A DNA stretch of 64,000 nucleotides, taken from positions 235,449 through 299,448 of the forward strand of contig CBDBFB010000004.1 of assembly GCA_965204505.1 (NCBI GenBank). The letters are read 5' to 3'. The notes below the pieces were generated by a model. It did not search any database. It had not been told where the DNA came from and saw only the letters and a program-made list of their open reading frames with translations. How positions within the stretch are numbered: the first letter of the stretch is position 1; every line of letters starts with the position of its first letter. Below, in pieces: positions 8,678 through 17,900 of this stretch. The position numbers were made by a program, and so were the translations under genes. The stretch is from an uncultured Candidatus Binatia bacterium (GTDB taxonomy: Bacteria; Desulfobacterota; Binatia; UBA9968; JAJDTQ01).

Positions 8678-9715
8678 TTACATGGCGAACAGCCGCATGG
8701 CGTTGCCGCCCAGGATCTTCTCCTTGTCGTCGGTCGAGATACCTTCCAGCTCCTGCACCATCCGCACCGTGCCTTCCTTCCAGGTGCCCGACGGGTCGTT
8801 GTGCGGGTAGTCGCTGCCCACCGTCAGGTTGTGGTCCTTCCAGAAGTCGCAGGCGTAGCGGATGGAGGTCTCGGCCGCGAAGGCCGACACCCAGATCTGG
8901 CTGAAGAACTCGCTGGGGGTCTTGCCCAGCTTCTTGCGGGCGTCGGGGTCCATGTCCAGGCGGTTCATGAGCCAGGGCACGAACGCTGCCGACCCCTCCA
9001 CGAAACAGATGCGCAGGTCGGGGAACTCCTTCAGGGCGCCGCGCAGGATCAGGCTGCCCATGTCGACGATGTAGCGGAACGGGAACGCCAGCAGGAAGGG
9101 CAGGGCGTTGTTGTCGGCTTCCAGGAAGAGTTGCTCGATGCCCACCAGCGCCGGGTTGGGATGGCCTTGGCGGTCCGACGCCGTGTCGTGCACCAGGATC
9201 GGGACGTCGAGCTGGCACACCTTGTCGTAGAAGGGCCACAGCCGCTCCGCTCCGAGGTTGGCGTCCTCGAAGCCGCCCATGAACTTCACCGCCTTGAGCC
9301 CGAGCTGGTTCACCATCCGGTCCAGCTCCTTGCAGGACTCTTCCACGTCCGGCAGGAACACCCAGCCGACGCCGATGTAGCGCTCGGGATGGGCGCATTC
9401 AGCGAGGTCCCGGGCCACCGCGTCGTTGTAGCGCCGGGCCAGCTCGCAGCCCAGATCCCGGTCCCAGGTGTACAGCAACTCGCGGTTCTCCGGGATGAGC
9501 ACGTGCTTGTCGAAGCCCTCGAAGTCGGCCTGCGCCACCCGGGTGTCCAGGTCCCAGCGCCCCTTGGGCGCCTGGTCCTTGATCAGCGTGCCATCCGGCA
9601 GCACCGACTTGACCTCGTCGCCGTTGCGCACCACGCGCGGCGACTCGGGGTACTGGTCGCTGATGCCTTCCAGGAACTTCACCGGGAAGTAATGAGTGTC
9701 GCAGTCGATGTACAT
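8678..9715 (-). CDS. Amidohydrolase-2 family metal-dependent hydrolase/decarboxylase (ACMSD-like)
   Basis: N-terminal IDCDTHYFP (IDxHxH) motif, HD...D downstream; ATG 9713-9715 with GGAGG. Confidence 0.8.
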   Translation of the reverse strand: MYIDCDTHYFPVKFLEGISDQYPESPRVVRNGDEVKSVLPDGTLIKDQAPKGRWDLDTRVAQADFEGFDKHVLIPENRELLYTWDRDLGCELARRYNDAVARDLAECAHPERYIGVGWVFLPDVEESCKELDRMVNQLGLKAVKFMGGFEDANLGAERLWPFYDKVCQLDVPILVHDTASDRQGHPNPALVGIEQLFLEADNNALPFLLAFPFRYIVDMGSLILRGALKEFPDLRICFVEGSAAFVPWLMNRLDMDPDARKKLGKTPSEFFSQIWVSAFAAETSIRYACDFWKDHNLTVGSDYPHNDPSGTWKEGTVRMVQELEGISTDDKEKILGGNAMRLFAM

Positions 9716-9728
9716 GAGCCGTCCTCCG

Positions 9729-10826
9729 TTACGAATACGTGAAGATCGCCCGCCCCAGGATCTTGCCTTCCTCGAGGTCGGCTACCGCCTCGTTGACCTG
9801 GTCCAGGCTGTAGCGGCGTGTCACCAGGTCGTCGAGCTTGAGCTTGCCTTCCCGGTACCAGCGCACGAACGTGGGGAAGTCGCGGTCCGGGAGGCAGTCG
9901 CCGGCGTGGGTGCGGGTGAAGTAGCGCCCGCCGGCGAAGAGGTTGGTGTTGATCAGCGGTGTGGCACCCGGGGGCGGCAGGCCGATCAGAAGGGCGGTGC
10001 CGCCGCGCTCGAGCCCGGGCGCCCCGGTGCGCACGGAGCGCAGGATCTGGTCCTGGGTGGTGGGATGCCCTACCGCGTCCAGGGCGTAGTCCGCGCCGCC
10101 GCCGGTGAGCTCGGTGATGGCCTCTACCGGATCCACCTTGCCGGCGTTGATGCAGTGAGTGGCGCCGAAACCCTTGGCGAACTCCAGCTTCTCGTCGTCC
10201 AGGTCCACGGCGATGAGCGGATAGGCGTCCACCACGGCCGCGGCCGCGATGGCGCACATGCCGATGCCGCCCACCCCGTAGACCGCCACCGACTGCCCCG
10301 GGCCCACCCGCAACGTGTTGATGATGGCGCCGGAGCCGGTGGTGACCGCGCAGCCGACGACGGAGGTCACCTCCGTGTCCACGTCGTCGTCCATCGGCAA
10401 GACCACCCGCTCGGACGCCACCAGGTGCTCGGCCCAGGTGGACGCCGACGCCCAGATGGACTGTTCGCGCCAGATGGCCGGAATCGGCGGCCGCATGTTG
10501 AGCGCGTGGGAGACGGGCGGCAGCGGCGACTCCGGGGCGTTGCGGTCCACCCAGGTGGTGAAGACATGGTCACCCTCCTTGACGTGGGTGACGTCGCGGC
10601 CCTTGGCCACCACCACGCCGGTGGACTCGTGGCCCAGGAGCGCCGGCAGCTTGGAGCGCTGCTCCTCCGGCGAGCGCTGGATCTGGTGGAGCTGGGAATG
10701 GCAGATGCCGCTGGCGAAAAGCTTCACCAGCACCTGATCCGGAGCCGGGTCCGGAAACGTGACCTCGTCCACCACCAGAGGCTTGCGCGATTCGACCAGG
10801 ATTGCGGCACGGGACTTCGTAGGCAT
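9729..10826 (-). CDS. Zinc-dependent alcohol dehydrogenase (MDR family)
   Basis: GHESTGVV zinc-ligand motif, GVGGIGMCAIAAAA Rossmann motif; start MPTKSRAAIL at 10824-10826 preceded by GGAAAGGAAAC; upstream extension in ORF track rejected. Confidence 0.8.
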   Translation of the reverse strand: MPTKSRAAILVESRKPLVVDEVTFPDPAPDQVLVKLFASGICHSQLHQIQRSPEEQRSKLPALLGHESTGVVVAKGRDVTHVKEGDHVFTTWVDRNAPESPLPPVSHALNMRPPIPAIWREQSIWASASTWAEHLVASERVVLPMDDDVDTEVTSVVGCAVTTGSGAIINTLRVGPGQSVAVYGVGGIGMCAIAAAAVVDAYPLIAVDLDDEKLEFAKGFGATHCINAGKVDPVEAITELTGGGADYALDAVGHPTTQDQILRSVRTGAPGLERGGTALLIGLPPPGATPLINTNLFAGGRYFTRTHAGDCLPDRDFPTFVRWYREGKLKLDDLVTRRYSLDQVNEAVADLEEGKILGRAIFTYS

Positions 10827-11042
10827 GGTGGTTTCCTTTCCGTCGGACGGCCCGCAGGGCCGCGCCGGCCTGGGGCCGTGTCGCCGCATGGTAGGCGGCT
10901 TCAGCAATTTCGTGACTAGTTGCCGGCGGGTGGTTTGTCAAGGGAACGCGGGCGGGGTTTCCGCTGGTTCCGTGGCCGAAAAGGTGGTATCCACGACTAC
11001 GGAATTCAGTGCCCCGTCATCAGAAATCGGGAGGTAGCGATC

Positions 11043-12119
11043 ATGTCGATTATCGATGCCGACGCCCACGTCGTCGAGTCCGAGCACACTTGGGACTACA
11101 TGGAACCGGCCGACCGGAAGTATCGCCCGTTGGTCGTCAAGCCCACCGGCGAGGGGGGCGGCGAGTACTGGTTCATCGACGGCAAGATCCGGGGACTGGT
11201 GCGGATCGTCATGACCGCCCAGGAGCTGGGCGAGGTGGCGGACCGCACCGGCCGTGTCATGTTCACTCCCCAGGAAACGCGCGAGATGGAGAACGTCGAG
11301 GCCCGCCTCAAGCACATGGACGAGCTGGGCATAGACGTCCAGGTGCTCTATCCCACGATCTTCATCGAGCAGGTCACCGACAAGGCCTCGGTGGAGATCC
11401 CCCTCTGCAAGAGCTACAACCGTTGGCTCGCCGACCTTCACAGCCGGGGGAAAGGACGGCTGCGCTGGATCTGCGTGCTGCCGCTGCTCGACATGAGCAC
11501 GGCCCTGGAGGAGCTGGAGTACTGCAAGCAGAACGGCGCCTGCGGGGTCTTCATGCGCCCCATCGAGGGCCATCGCCTGCTGACCGATCCCTACTTCTAC
11601 CCGCTGTACGAGAAGGTGAGCGAGCTGGACATGGCCGTGGGCGTTCACGTCGGCAACGGCAACCCGCAGGAGCTGGACCTCGTCTCCCAGTACAACGGCG
11701 GCGGCAGCTTCTGGAAGTTCCGCATCCCGGTCATCGGCATGTTCCACTCGGTGATCATGGGCGAGATCCCGAAGATGTTCCCCAAGCTCCGCTTCCACTG
11801 GGCCGAAGCCGCGGCGCTCTGGGTCCCCTACGTCGTCAAGGATCTCCAGCGCCGCTGGGGCGCGCAGAACAAGGACCTGCCGGACAACATCCTGAAGGAG
11901 TACCGGCAGTACGTGTCATGCCAGACCGACGACGACGTGGACTACGTCCTCAGGTACTCGGGAGAGGACAACATCGTCATCGGCACCGACTACGGCCACA
12001 ACGACCAGTCCACCGAGATCGAGGCGCTGCAGAACCTGAAGGAACTGGGCAGCATCACCGAGCCGCAGTACGAAAAGATCGTGACGCAGAACCCGAAGGA
12101 ACTGTTTGCATTGAACTAG
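11043..12119 (+). CDS. Amidohydrolase-2 family protein
   Basis: Start MSIIDADAHVVE (IDxHxH) at 11043 after GGGAGG; TDYGHND near C-terminus; 41-aa upstream extension rejected. Confidence 0.8.
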   Translation: MSIIDADAHVVESEHTWDYMEPADRKYRPLVVKPTGEGGGEYWFIDGKIRGLVRIVMTAQELGEVADRTGRVMFTPQETREMENVEARLKHMDELGIDVQVLYPTIFIEQVTDKASVEIPLCKSYNRWLADLHSRGKGRLRWICVLPLLDMSTALEELEYCKQNGACGVFMRPIEGHRLLTDPYFYPLYEKVSELDMAVGVHVGNGNPQELDLVSQYNGGGSFWKFRIPVIGMFHSVIMGEIPKMFPKLRFHWAEAAALWVPYVVKDLQRRWGAQNKDLPDNILKEYRQYVSCQTDDDVDYVLRYSGEDNIVIGTDYGHNDQSTEIEALQNLKELGSITEPQYEKIVTQNPKELFALN

Positions 12120-12169
12120 GTATCGGGAAGGTTGCCCGCGTCGCGCGGACAGCGGCCTACACGACAGTC

Positions 12170-12256
12170 GATTCCCGTAGGGCCGACCGGCCGGTTGCCC
12201 TACACGCGCTACTCTGCGGTGGAATTCCGGTAGGGGCGACCGGCGGTCGCCCCTCA
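12170..12256. repeat. Two tandem palindromic repeats of family C (taggggcgaccggcggtcgcccct-type)
   Basis: gtagggccgaccggccggttgccctac then taggggcgaccggcggtcgcccctca; same palindrome at 26-47 and twice at 49465-49531. Confidence 0.7.
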
Positions 12257-12264
12257 GCGGCAGG

Positions 12265-12807
12265 CTAGTCAGCCTCGGTACGCACGCGCCAGCGCTGGTA
12301 GTTGGACTGCCCCGCGTCACAAGGCTCCAGGGTCAGACGCCGTATGAGATGCACCGGCCGGCCGCCCCCTCCCTCGCGCGACTTGCCGCCCGCCACCGTC
12401 ACGCACAGCTTCGGCGCGGCCTTGGCAACGATCGTGCCGTCGGCCGTCATCGAGAAGCCCTGCCCCGGAGACCCGTCACACTTGGCCAGCCCGAGCCGGG
12501 CACCCGCCTCGGCCGCAGCGGTCATGCACACGTCGAACCCCGGCATGTGGAACCGCCCCACCTTGATGGCGTCGCTGTCGAACCCCTGGTCAACGCCGAT
12601 CTGCCCCTGATAGCTGTAGCAACTGTGGGCCTGAAGCCCCCTGTCGGGCTTGGCGCGCTGCTTGTAACCGCGAATGTCCAGGCAAAAACCCCGCTGGTCG
12701 TCCAGCCGGTCGACGAGGAGCACCTCCACCACATCGCCCGCGTATGCCGGGCCGGCAAGCGGAGCGCCGGCGAGCATGGCCACCAGAATGAGTCCAAGGG
12801 TTTTCAT
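12265..12807 (-). CDS. Secreted protein with ricin-B-like (beta-trefoil) lectin features
   Basis: Signal peptide MKTLGLILVAMLAGAPLAGPAYA; spaced Cys and QxW-like (QRW, GFCLD) pattern; ATG 12805-12807 after GGAGG. Confidence 0.45.
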   Translation of the reverse strand: MKTLGLILVAMLAGAPLAGPAYAGDVVEVLLVDRLDDQRGFCLDIRGYKQRAKPDRGLQAHSCYSYQGQIGVDQGFDSDAIKVGRFHMPGFDVCMTAAAEAGARLGLAKCDGSPGQGFSMTADGTIVAKAAPKLCVTVAGGKSREGGGGRPVHLIRRLTLEPCDAGQSNYQRWRVRTEAD

Positions 12808-12880
12808 GAGGCCTCCGTTCGTAGACAACGCGTTCAATTTTTCGAGCTTCAGCAAACGTGCGGACGCACCTTTACGCTGA

Positions 12881-13867
12881 TTAGACGCGGCGAGGTTCCT
12901 CCCCGAGCTTCAGCAACCGCGCCGCCGTGCCCCCGAGGATATCGTTCTTGACCTGCTCGGCAAGGTCGAGGCCCCTGACCGCTTCGATGTATTCGCGGAT
13001 GGCCTGGTTACCCTTGCCCCCCTGGGTGCTCACGCCGGTGAAGTTCTGCGGATAGTCCGTGGCGAACACCAGCCGTTCCGGCCGGATGCCGAGCAACCCG
13101 CAACGAAAAGCCGTGATTCCGCCTTCGAAACCCGATAGGTCGAAGTAGAGCCGGTCGAAGTATTCCTCGAACGGATGTTTCAAGGTGCCGAACCGGTGCG
13201 CCATGGCCACCAGCCGGTCCTTGAACGCGGCGATGCCGCCGCCGAAGTGCCCGATGATGAAGTCGATCTCCGGGTGGCGGTCGAGCACGCCGCCGGCGAT
13301 CAACCGTATGGTGGCGATGGTGAGGTCGATCTCCCTGCCGATGATGCGCGGCAGATCGTAGCCCTGGATCGAATCGTAACCCTTGGGCACGAGCGCCGGG
13401 TGCACGAAGATCGGAACGCCGAGCCGCGCGACCCGCTCGTAGAACCGGTCCAGCTCCGACGCATCGAGAAAGAGGCCGCCCACCTGCGAAGTGATGGTGA
13501 CGCCGTGGAGCCCGCGCTCCAGGACCGCCCGATTCAGCTCGTCCAACGCCGTGTCGCCTTCGAGGACGGGCGCATGCGCCAGCCCCACGAACCGCCCGTC
13601 GTACCGTCGTTCCAACTCAGCGTAACTGTCGTTGATGACCCTGCAATCCTCGAGACTCCCGTCCCACCCCAAGTGGCAGGACACCACCGACACGTCCACC
13701 CCCGCCTCGTCCATGTCCCGAAGCTGCGCATCCGCGTCGTAGAGCTTCGAGTGAAGCGTCATCCGCGGCACCCCGCCCTCGGTGGCCACGGCGACCTTGT
13801 CGGAGTAGAGACCCTTCTCTCGGGCCAGCTTCTCGGGCACGTAGTGATGCTGGAAGTCTATGACCAC
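12881..13867 (-). CDS. Amidohydrolase-2 family protein
   Basis: N-terminal VIDFQHHYVP (IDxHxH); FATDYPQN near C-terminus; GTG start at 13865-13867. Confidence 0.75.
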   Translation of the reverse strand: MVIDFQHHYVPEKLAREKGLYSDKVAVATEGGVPRMTLHSKLYDADAQLRDMDEAGVDVSVVSCHLGWDGSLEDCRVINDSYAELERRYDGRFVGLAHAPVLEGDTALDELNRAVLERGLHGVTITSQVGGLFLDASELDRFYERVARLGVPIFVHPALVPKGYDSIQGYDLPRIIGREIDLTIATIRLIAGGVLDRHPEIDFIIGHFGGGIAAFKDRLVAMAHRFGTLKHPFEEYFDRLYFDLSGFEGGITAFRCGLLGIRPERLVFATDYPQNFTGVSTQGGKGNQAIREYIEAVRGLDLAEQVKNDILGGTAARLLKLGEEPRRV

Positions 13868-13870
13868 AGG

Positions 13871-14224
13871 TTAGCCCATTGAGCGAAAGCCGAGGAGCAC
13901 GCGTAGGCTCTCCTCGACCTGTCGCATGATTGCGTCGGAGGCTCGCCCCACCCGCTCGATGAGGTATTCTTTGTCCAAGGTGATGATCTGCGACACGTTT
14001 ATCACAGACGCCCGTGGCAAGCCTGTCCCTCGCCGGGCAAGGGAGACATTGCCAGGCGCCTCAGCCAGTCTGAGGTTGGAGGTGATGGCCAGCGCGACCA
14101 CGGTCCGAATTTGGCTTCGGTTGAAGCCGTCGGATTGAACGATCAGAACAGGGCGGCGGTACCCGGGCTCTGATCGCCCCGGAACCGGTAAGTCCGCCCA
14201 CCAGATCTCACCACGATTCACCAC
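13871..14224 (-). CDS. MazF/PemK/Kid-family type II toxin (mRNA interferase)
   Basis: GEIWWADL...GYRRPVLIVQSDGFN motif characteristic of MazF/PemK; overlaps upstream antitoxin gene by 7 nt; lower GC than surroundings. Confidence 0.75.
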   Translation of the reverse strand: MVNRGEIWWADLPVPGRSEPGYRRPVLIVQSDGFNRSQIRTVVALAITSNLRLAEAPGNVSLARRGTGLPRASVINVSQIITLDKEYLIERVGRASDAIMRQVEESLRVLLGFRSMG

Positions 14225-14463
14225 TCGTCCTCGGCGGGCAACGAGAGGAATTGGAGGGCCTCGAGCCGTTTGTCGAGCATGGAGATCGAGGGGTCTTCGC
14301 CGTACACGGCGTTGAGCCGTTCAGTCAACTGGTCGCCAGCGTGCCGTGCAACGAACTCACCGACGGCCTTCGTGTAGAGCTCGCTCCGGGACATACCGAG
14401 GTCCTTCGCCGTACGCTCCGCGGCTTCGAAGACCTCGTCTCGAATGGATATGGCCGTTTTCAT
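14218..14463 (-). CDS. Type II antitoxin (RHH/MazE-PemI-like) paired with MazF-like toxin
   Basis: 81-aa protein MKTAISIRDEVFEAAERTAKDLGMSRSELY (ribbon-helix-helix-like N-terminus); immediately upstream of and overlapping toxin gene. Confidence 0.6.
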   Translation of the reverse strand: MKTAISIRDEVFEAAERTAKDLGMSRSELYTKAVGEFVARHAGDQLTERLNAVYGEDPSISMLDKRLEALQFLSLPAEDEW

Positions 14464-14560
14464 AATGCTGGAGTATGACGCAGGTTATACTCCTCGGCAA
14501 CCTGTGTGGTGATGACGCTCGCGATTGACCGGCAACCCGTGGACGTGGGAATATTGCGCC

Positions 14561-16708
14561 ATGGAATCCGGCACGGCCATCATCCCCAGCACCTGCTGGG
14601 AATGCAGCGCCCACTGCGGATCGCTGGTGACCGTCGAGGACGGGCGGGTGACCAAGGTGTCGCCCTACCCGGAGCACCCGGCGTCGCTGGGGGCGTTCTG
14701 CGTGAAGGGGATACGGGGGTTGCCGGAGTTGACTTACCATCCGGACCGGGTGCTGTATCCCATGAAGCGCACCGGGCCGCGGGGCGGGGGACGGTGGCAG
14801 CGGGTGTCGTGGGACGAGGCGTTGGACGAGATGGCAGAGGCGATGCTGGCGGTGCGGGAGCGGTACGGCCCCGTGGCGTTGTGCGGAGCGGTGAGCAACG
14901 CGCATTTCAGCCGCGGGGTGATGCTGGCGTTGCTCCTGCGCGCATTCGGGTCGCCCAACTGGATGATGAACCAGGACCTGTGCGGCGGGTGCCGGGCGCT
15001 GAGCGACCGGATCACGGGGCTGGCCATCAGCAAGGGCGAGGACATCGACAACACCCGTTGCGCGCTGGTCGTGGGGCGGAATCCTTATGCGGCCGACCCG
15101 CCGCAGTGGCAGGCTCTCAAGCGCGCCAAGGCCAAGGGGGCGCGCGTTGTCGTGCTGGATCCGGGCGAGACGCCGGCGTCCACCATGGCTGACCTCTGGC
15201 TGCGGCCGCGGCCGGGCACGGATGCGGCCATCGGGCTGGCGATGATCCACTGGCTGGTGGAGCACGGTCGCTATGACCGCGACTTCGTGGAGCGCTGGTG
15301 CCACGGCTTCGACGCGCTGGTGGAGCGGGCGGCGCAGTACCCGGCCGAGCGCGCGGCGGAGCTCACCGGGGTGCCGCGGGAGGACATCGAGAAGGCGGCG
15401 GAGTATTACGCCGACGGCCCTTCCTGCTTCGTGAGCGGGCATGGCATCGACGCCTTCAGCGCCGGCGTCCAGACCTTCCGCGCGTTCCATTGCCTTGTGG
15501 CCATCAGCGGCAACCTGGACCGCGAGGGCGGCAACCGGCGCGTCAAGAAGCCCGCGGGGTTCACCAACTACATTGAGGTGCTGCACAAGCCCGAGTTCCG
15601 GCTGCCCCTGGAGGTGGAGAACCGGACCATCGGCGCGGACCGCTTCCCGCTGTGGGCGGGACCCGAGGGGTGGCAGACGGCGTGCCACAATCCGTCGGTG
15701 ATCGAGGCGGTGTTAAGCGGCAAGCCCTATCCCGTGCGCGCCATGTACGTCAGCGGCGTGAACATCGTGGTGACCTATCCCGACACGCAGAAGACCCTGG
15801 CGGCGCTCAAGTCCCTGGACTTCCTCGCGGTGGCCACGCACATGATGACCCCGACGGCCGAGTACGCGGACATCGTGCTGCCCAAGACCACCGGGCTGGA
15901 GGACGAGGAGGTGTCGCTGGAGGGGTCCGGGCCGTGCCTGAGCCTCATCCAGCCTGCGGTGGAGCCGCTGGGGGAGGCGCGCGGCGACTTCCGCATCGCC
16001 CATGACCTTGCCCGGCGCATCGAAACCCGGGGGCTCACCGAGGCGCGGCGTTTCATTCCCTGGGAGACCAAGCGCGAGTTCAACGAATTCCTGCTGGGCG
16101 ACTGCGGCGTCACCGTGGAGCAGATGCGGGAGAAGGGGTACGCGAACTTTCCGTTCACCTACGGCGATTTCGAGAAGGCCGGGTTCAAGACCAAGACCGG
16201 CAAGGTGGAGCTCTACTCCGAACGTCTTGCCGAACTGGGGCTGGACCCGCTGCCCGACTACACGCCCACCCGCGCCGAGCGCGAGACCCCTGCGGTGCGC
16301 AGCGCCTACCCTCTGACGCTGCTTACCGGGGTGCGGGAGCGCACCTACCACCACTCCCGGTTCCGCGACCAGGGCTGGGCGCGCAAGGTCTCGCCGGACC
16401 CGTGGCTGCAACTGCACCCGGAGACGGCGACGCGGTACAGCCTGGCGGAAGACGACTGGGTATGGGTGGAGACCGCCGGCGGCCCGGGCCGCTGCCGCCT
16501 GAAGGTCCGGGTCACGGAGGCGACCCTGCCCGGGGTGGCACGCACGGGCATGGGGTGGTGGTACCCGGAGGCCGAAGCGCCGCACCGGGGCGCGCTGGAG
16601 GTGAACATCAACGCCGCCATGCGCTATGATGGGCCGTGGGATCCGGTGACGGGGTCCGCGGATACGCGCGGGCTGCCGTGCCGCATTGCCAAGGTCGAGC
16701 GCTTGTGA
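14561..16708 (+). CDS. Molybdopterin oxidoreductase catalytic subunit (MopB/DMSO-reductase superfamily), cytoplasmic
   Basis: N-terminal CWECSAHCG [4Fe-4S] motif, no twin-arginine signal; 715 aa with MopB-like conserved blocks; no partner subunits adjacent. Confidence 0.8.
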   Translation: MESGTAIIPSTCWECSAHCGSLVTVEDGRVTKVSPYPEHPASLGAFCVKGIRGLPELTYHPDRVLYPMKRTGPRGGGRWQRVSWDEALDEMAEAMLAVRERYGPVALCGAVSNAHFSRGVMLALLLRAFGSPNWMMNQDLCGGCRALSDRITGLAISKGEDIDNTRCALVVGRNPYAADPPQWQALKRAKAKGARVVVLDPGETPASTMADLWLRPRPGTDAAIGLAMIHWLVEHGRYDRDFVERWCHGFDALVERAAQYPAERAAELTGVPREDIEKAAEYYADGPSCFVSGHGIDAFSAGVQTFRAFHCLVAISGNLDREGGNRRVKKPAGFTNYIEVLHKPEFRLPLEVENRTIGADRFPLWAGPEGWQTACHNPSVIEAVLSGKPYPVRAMYVSGVNIVVTYPDTQKTLAALKSLDFLAVATHMMTPTAEYADIVLPKTTGLEDEEVSLEGSGPCLSLIQPAVEPLGEARGDFRIAHDLARRIETRGLTEARRFIPWETKREFNEFLLGDCGVTVEQMREKGYANFPFTYGDFEKAGFKTKTGKVELYSERLAELGLDPLPDYTPTRAERETPAVRSAYPLTLLTGVRERTYHHSRFRDQGWARKVSPDPWLQLHPETATRYSLAEDDWVWVETAGGPGRCRLKVRVTEATLPGVARTGMGWWYPEAEAPHRGALEVNINAAMRYDGPWDPVTGSADTRGLPCRIAKVERL

Positions 16709-16741
16709 GAAGAATGCGCCCCTTGATTTCGCTTCGCGAAA

Positions 16742-16770
16742 CCTGTCCTGAGTTTGTCGAAGGGCTCAGG
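16742..16770. repeat. Family B repeat core (cctgtcctgagtttgtcgaagggctcagg)
   Basis: Copy of the 7481-7520 core; preceded by near-palindrome tttcgcttcgcgaaa. Confidence 0.7.
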
Positions 16771-16817
16771 GCGAACGGCGTTTGGAAAGCGCGGGTTAGG
16801 ACCGCGGAGGAAGAACC

Positions 16818-17891
16818 ATGAGTAACCGAAACAGACAACCGGCCGTGCTGAGTGAACCCGTCGTGGACCCAGCGGCCTGGACCGCGGAGGATCTGGACGC
16901 CGATCAGAGCTGGATCTACCAGTTGACCGGAAGTGATATCGCGGAGCTGGATGCGGCCGTGGCGCGGGTGGAGGAGCGCGGGCTCGACACTATGGACATC
17001 AGCCGGGACGACTTCGTGCTACCGACTCTGGGCGGCCGGCTGGACGACGTCGCCGACGAGGTAGTCAACGGTCGCGGCATAGGGCTCATACGGGGCGTGC
17101 CGGTGGATCGCTACAACCGCGTTCAGGCGGCCATCGCCTTCTGGGGAATCGGCACCTTCCTGGGCGTTCCCGTCTCCCAGAACGCCAAGGGACACCTCCT
17201 GGGCCACGTGGCCGATCTAGGCTCGCACTCTCTCAAGAACCCGAAGCATCGCGGCTACCAGACCCACGACATGCTGCCGTTTCACTGCGACTCCAGCGAC
17301 GTGGTGGTGCTGATGTGCCTTCACCCGGCCAAGTCCGGCGGCTTGAGCCGTTTCACCAGCGCCCTCAACGTCTACAACGAGATGCTGAAACGCCGCCCCG
17401 AGCTGGTGCCGGAACTGGCCGCCCCCATCTACCGCGACCGGCGCGGCGAGATCCCGGTGGGGAAGGACCCGTGGTGGCGGCTCCCGGTGTTCAACTTCTA
17501 CGAGGGCTACCTGACCGTGAACGTGGGCGGCACCTACATCCGCTCGGCGCAACGTTTCGAGGAGTTGCCGCGCCACTCCGAGGCCCTCAAGGAGGCCCTG
17601 GACCTCTGCAGCCACCTCTGCGACGAGCTGTCGTACGACATGGAGTTCCTGCAAGGAGACGTGCAGGTACTGCACAACCACGTCACCTGCCACTCGCGCA
17701 CCGAGTTCGAGGACTACCCCGAGCCCGAACGCCGGCGCAACCTGCTGCGCCTGTGGCTTGCCACCCCCGAAGGGCGTCCACTGCCGCCGACGTACCGCGA
17801 CCGTTACGGCCATCTGAACGATGGCGAGCGGCCCGGAGGCGGCATCGTCGTGCCGGGAACCGTGTACACGGCGCCGTTGTATCCGGAGTAG
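16818..17891 (+). CDS. TauD/TfdA-family Fe(II)/2-oxoglutarate-dependent dioxygenase
   Basis: HCDSSD (HxD) and HNHVTCHSR motifs with clavaminate-synthase-like spacing; ATG after GGAGG. Confidence 0.75.
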   Translation: MSNRNRQPAVLSEPVVDPAAWTAEDLDADQSWIYQLTGSDIAELDAAVARVEERGLDTMDISRDDFVLPTLGGRLDDVADEVVNGRGIGLIRGVPVDRYNRVQAAIAFWGIGTFLGVPVSQNAKGHLLGHVADLGSHSLKNPKHRGYQTHDMLPFHCDSSDVVVLMCLHPAKSGGLSRFTSALNVYNEMLKRRPELVPELAAPIYRDRRGEIPVGKDPWWRLPVFNFYEGYLTVNVGGTYIRSAQRFEELPRHSEALKEALDLCSHLCDELSYDMEFLQGDVQVLHNHVTCHSRTEFEDYPEPERRRNLLRLWLATPEGRPLPPTYRDRYGHLNDGERPGGGIVVPGTVYTAPLYPE

Positions 17892-17900
17892 GGAGAGGGG

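Noticed and set aside
12165-12260. Possible CRISPR array from the tandem GC-rich palindromes (also at 49465-49531)
   Set aside because: There are only two copies per site, the repeats are imperfect, and there is no regular repeat-spacer periodicity or cas genes. They are consistent with REP elements instead.
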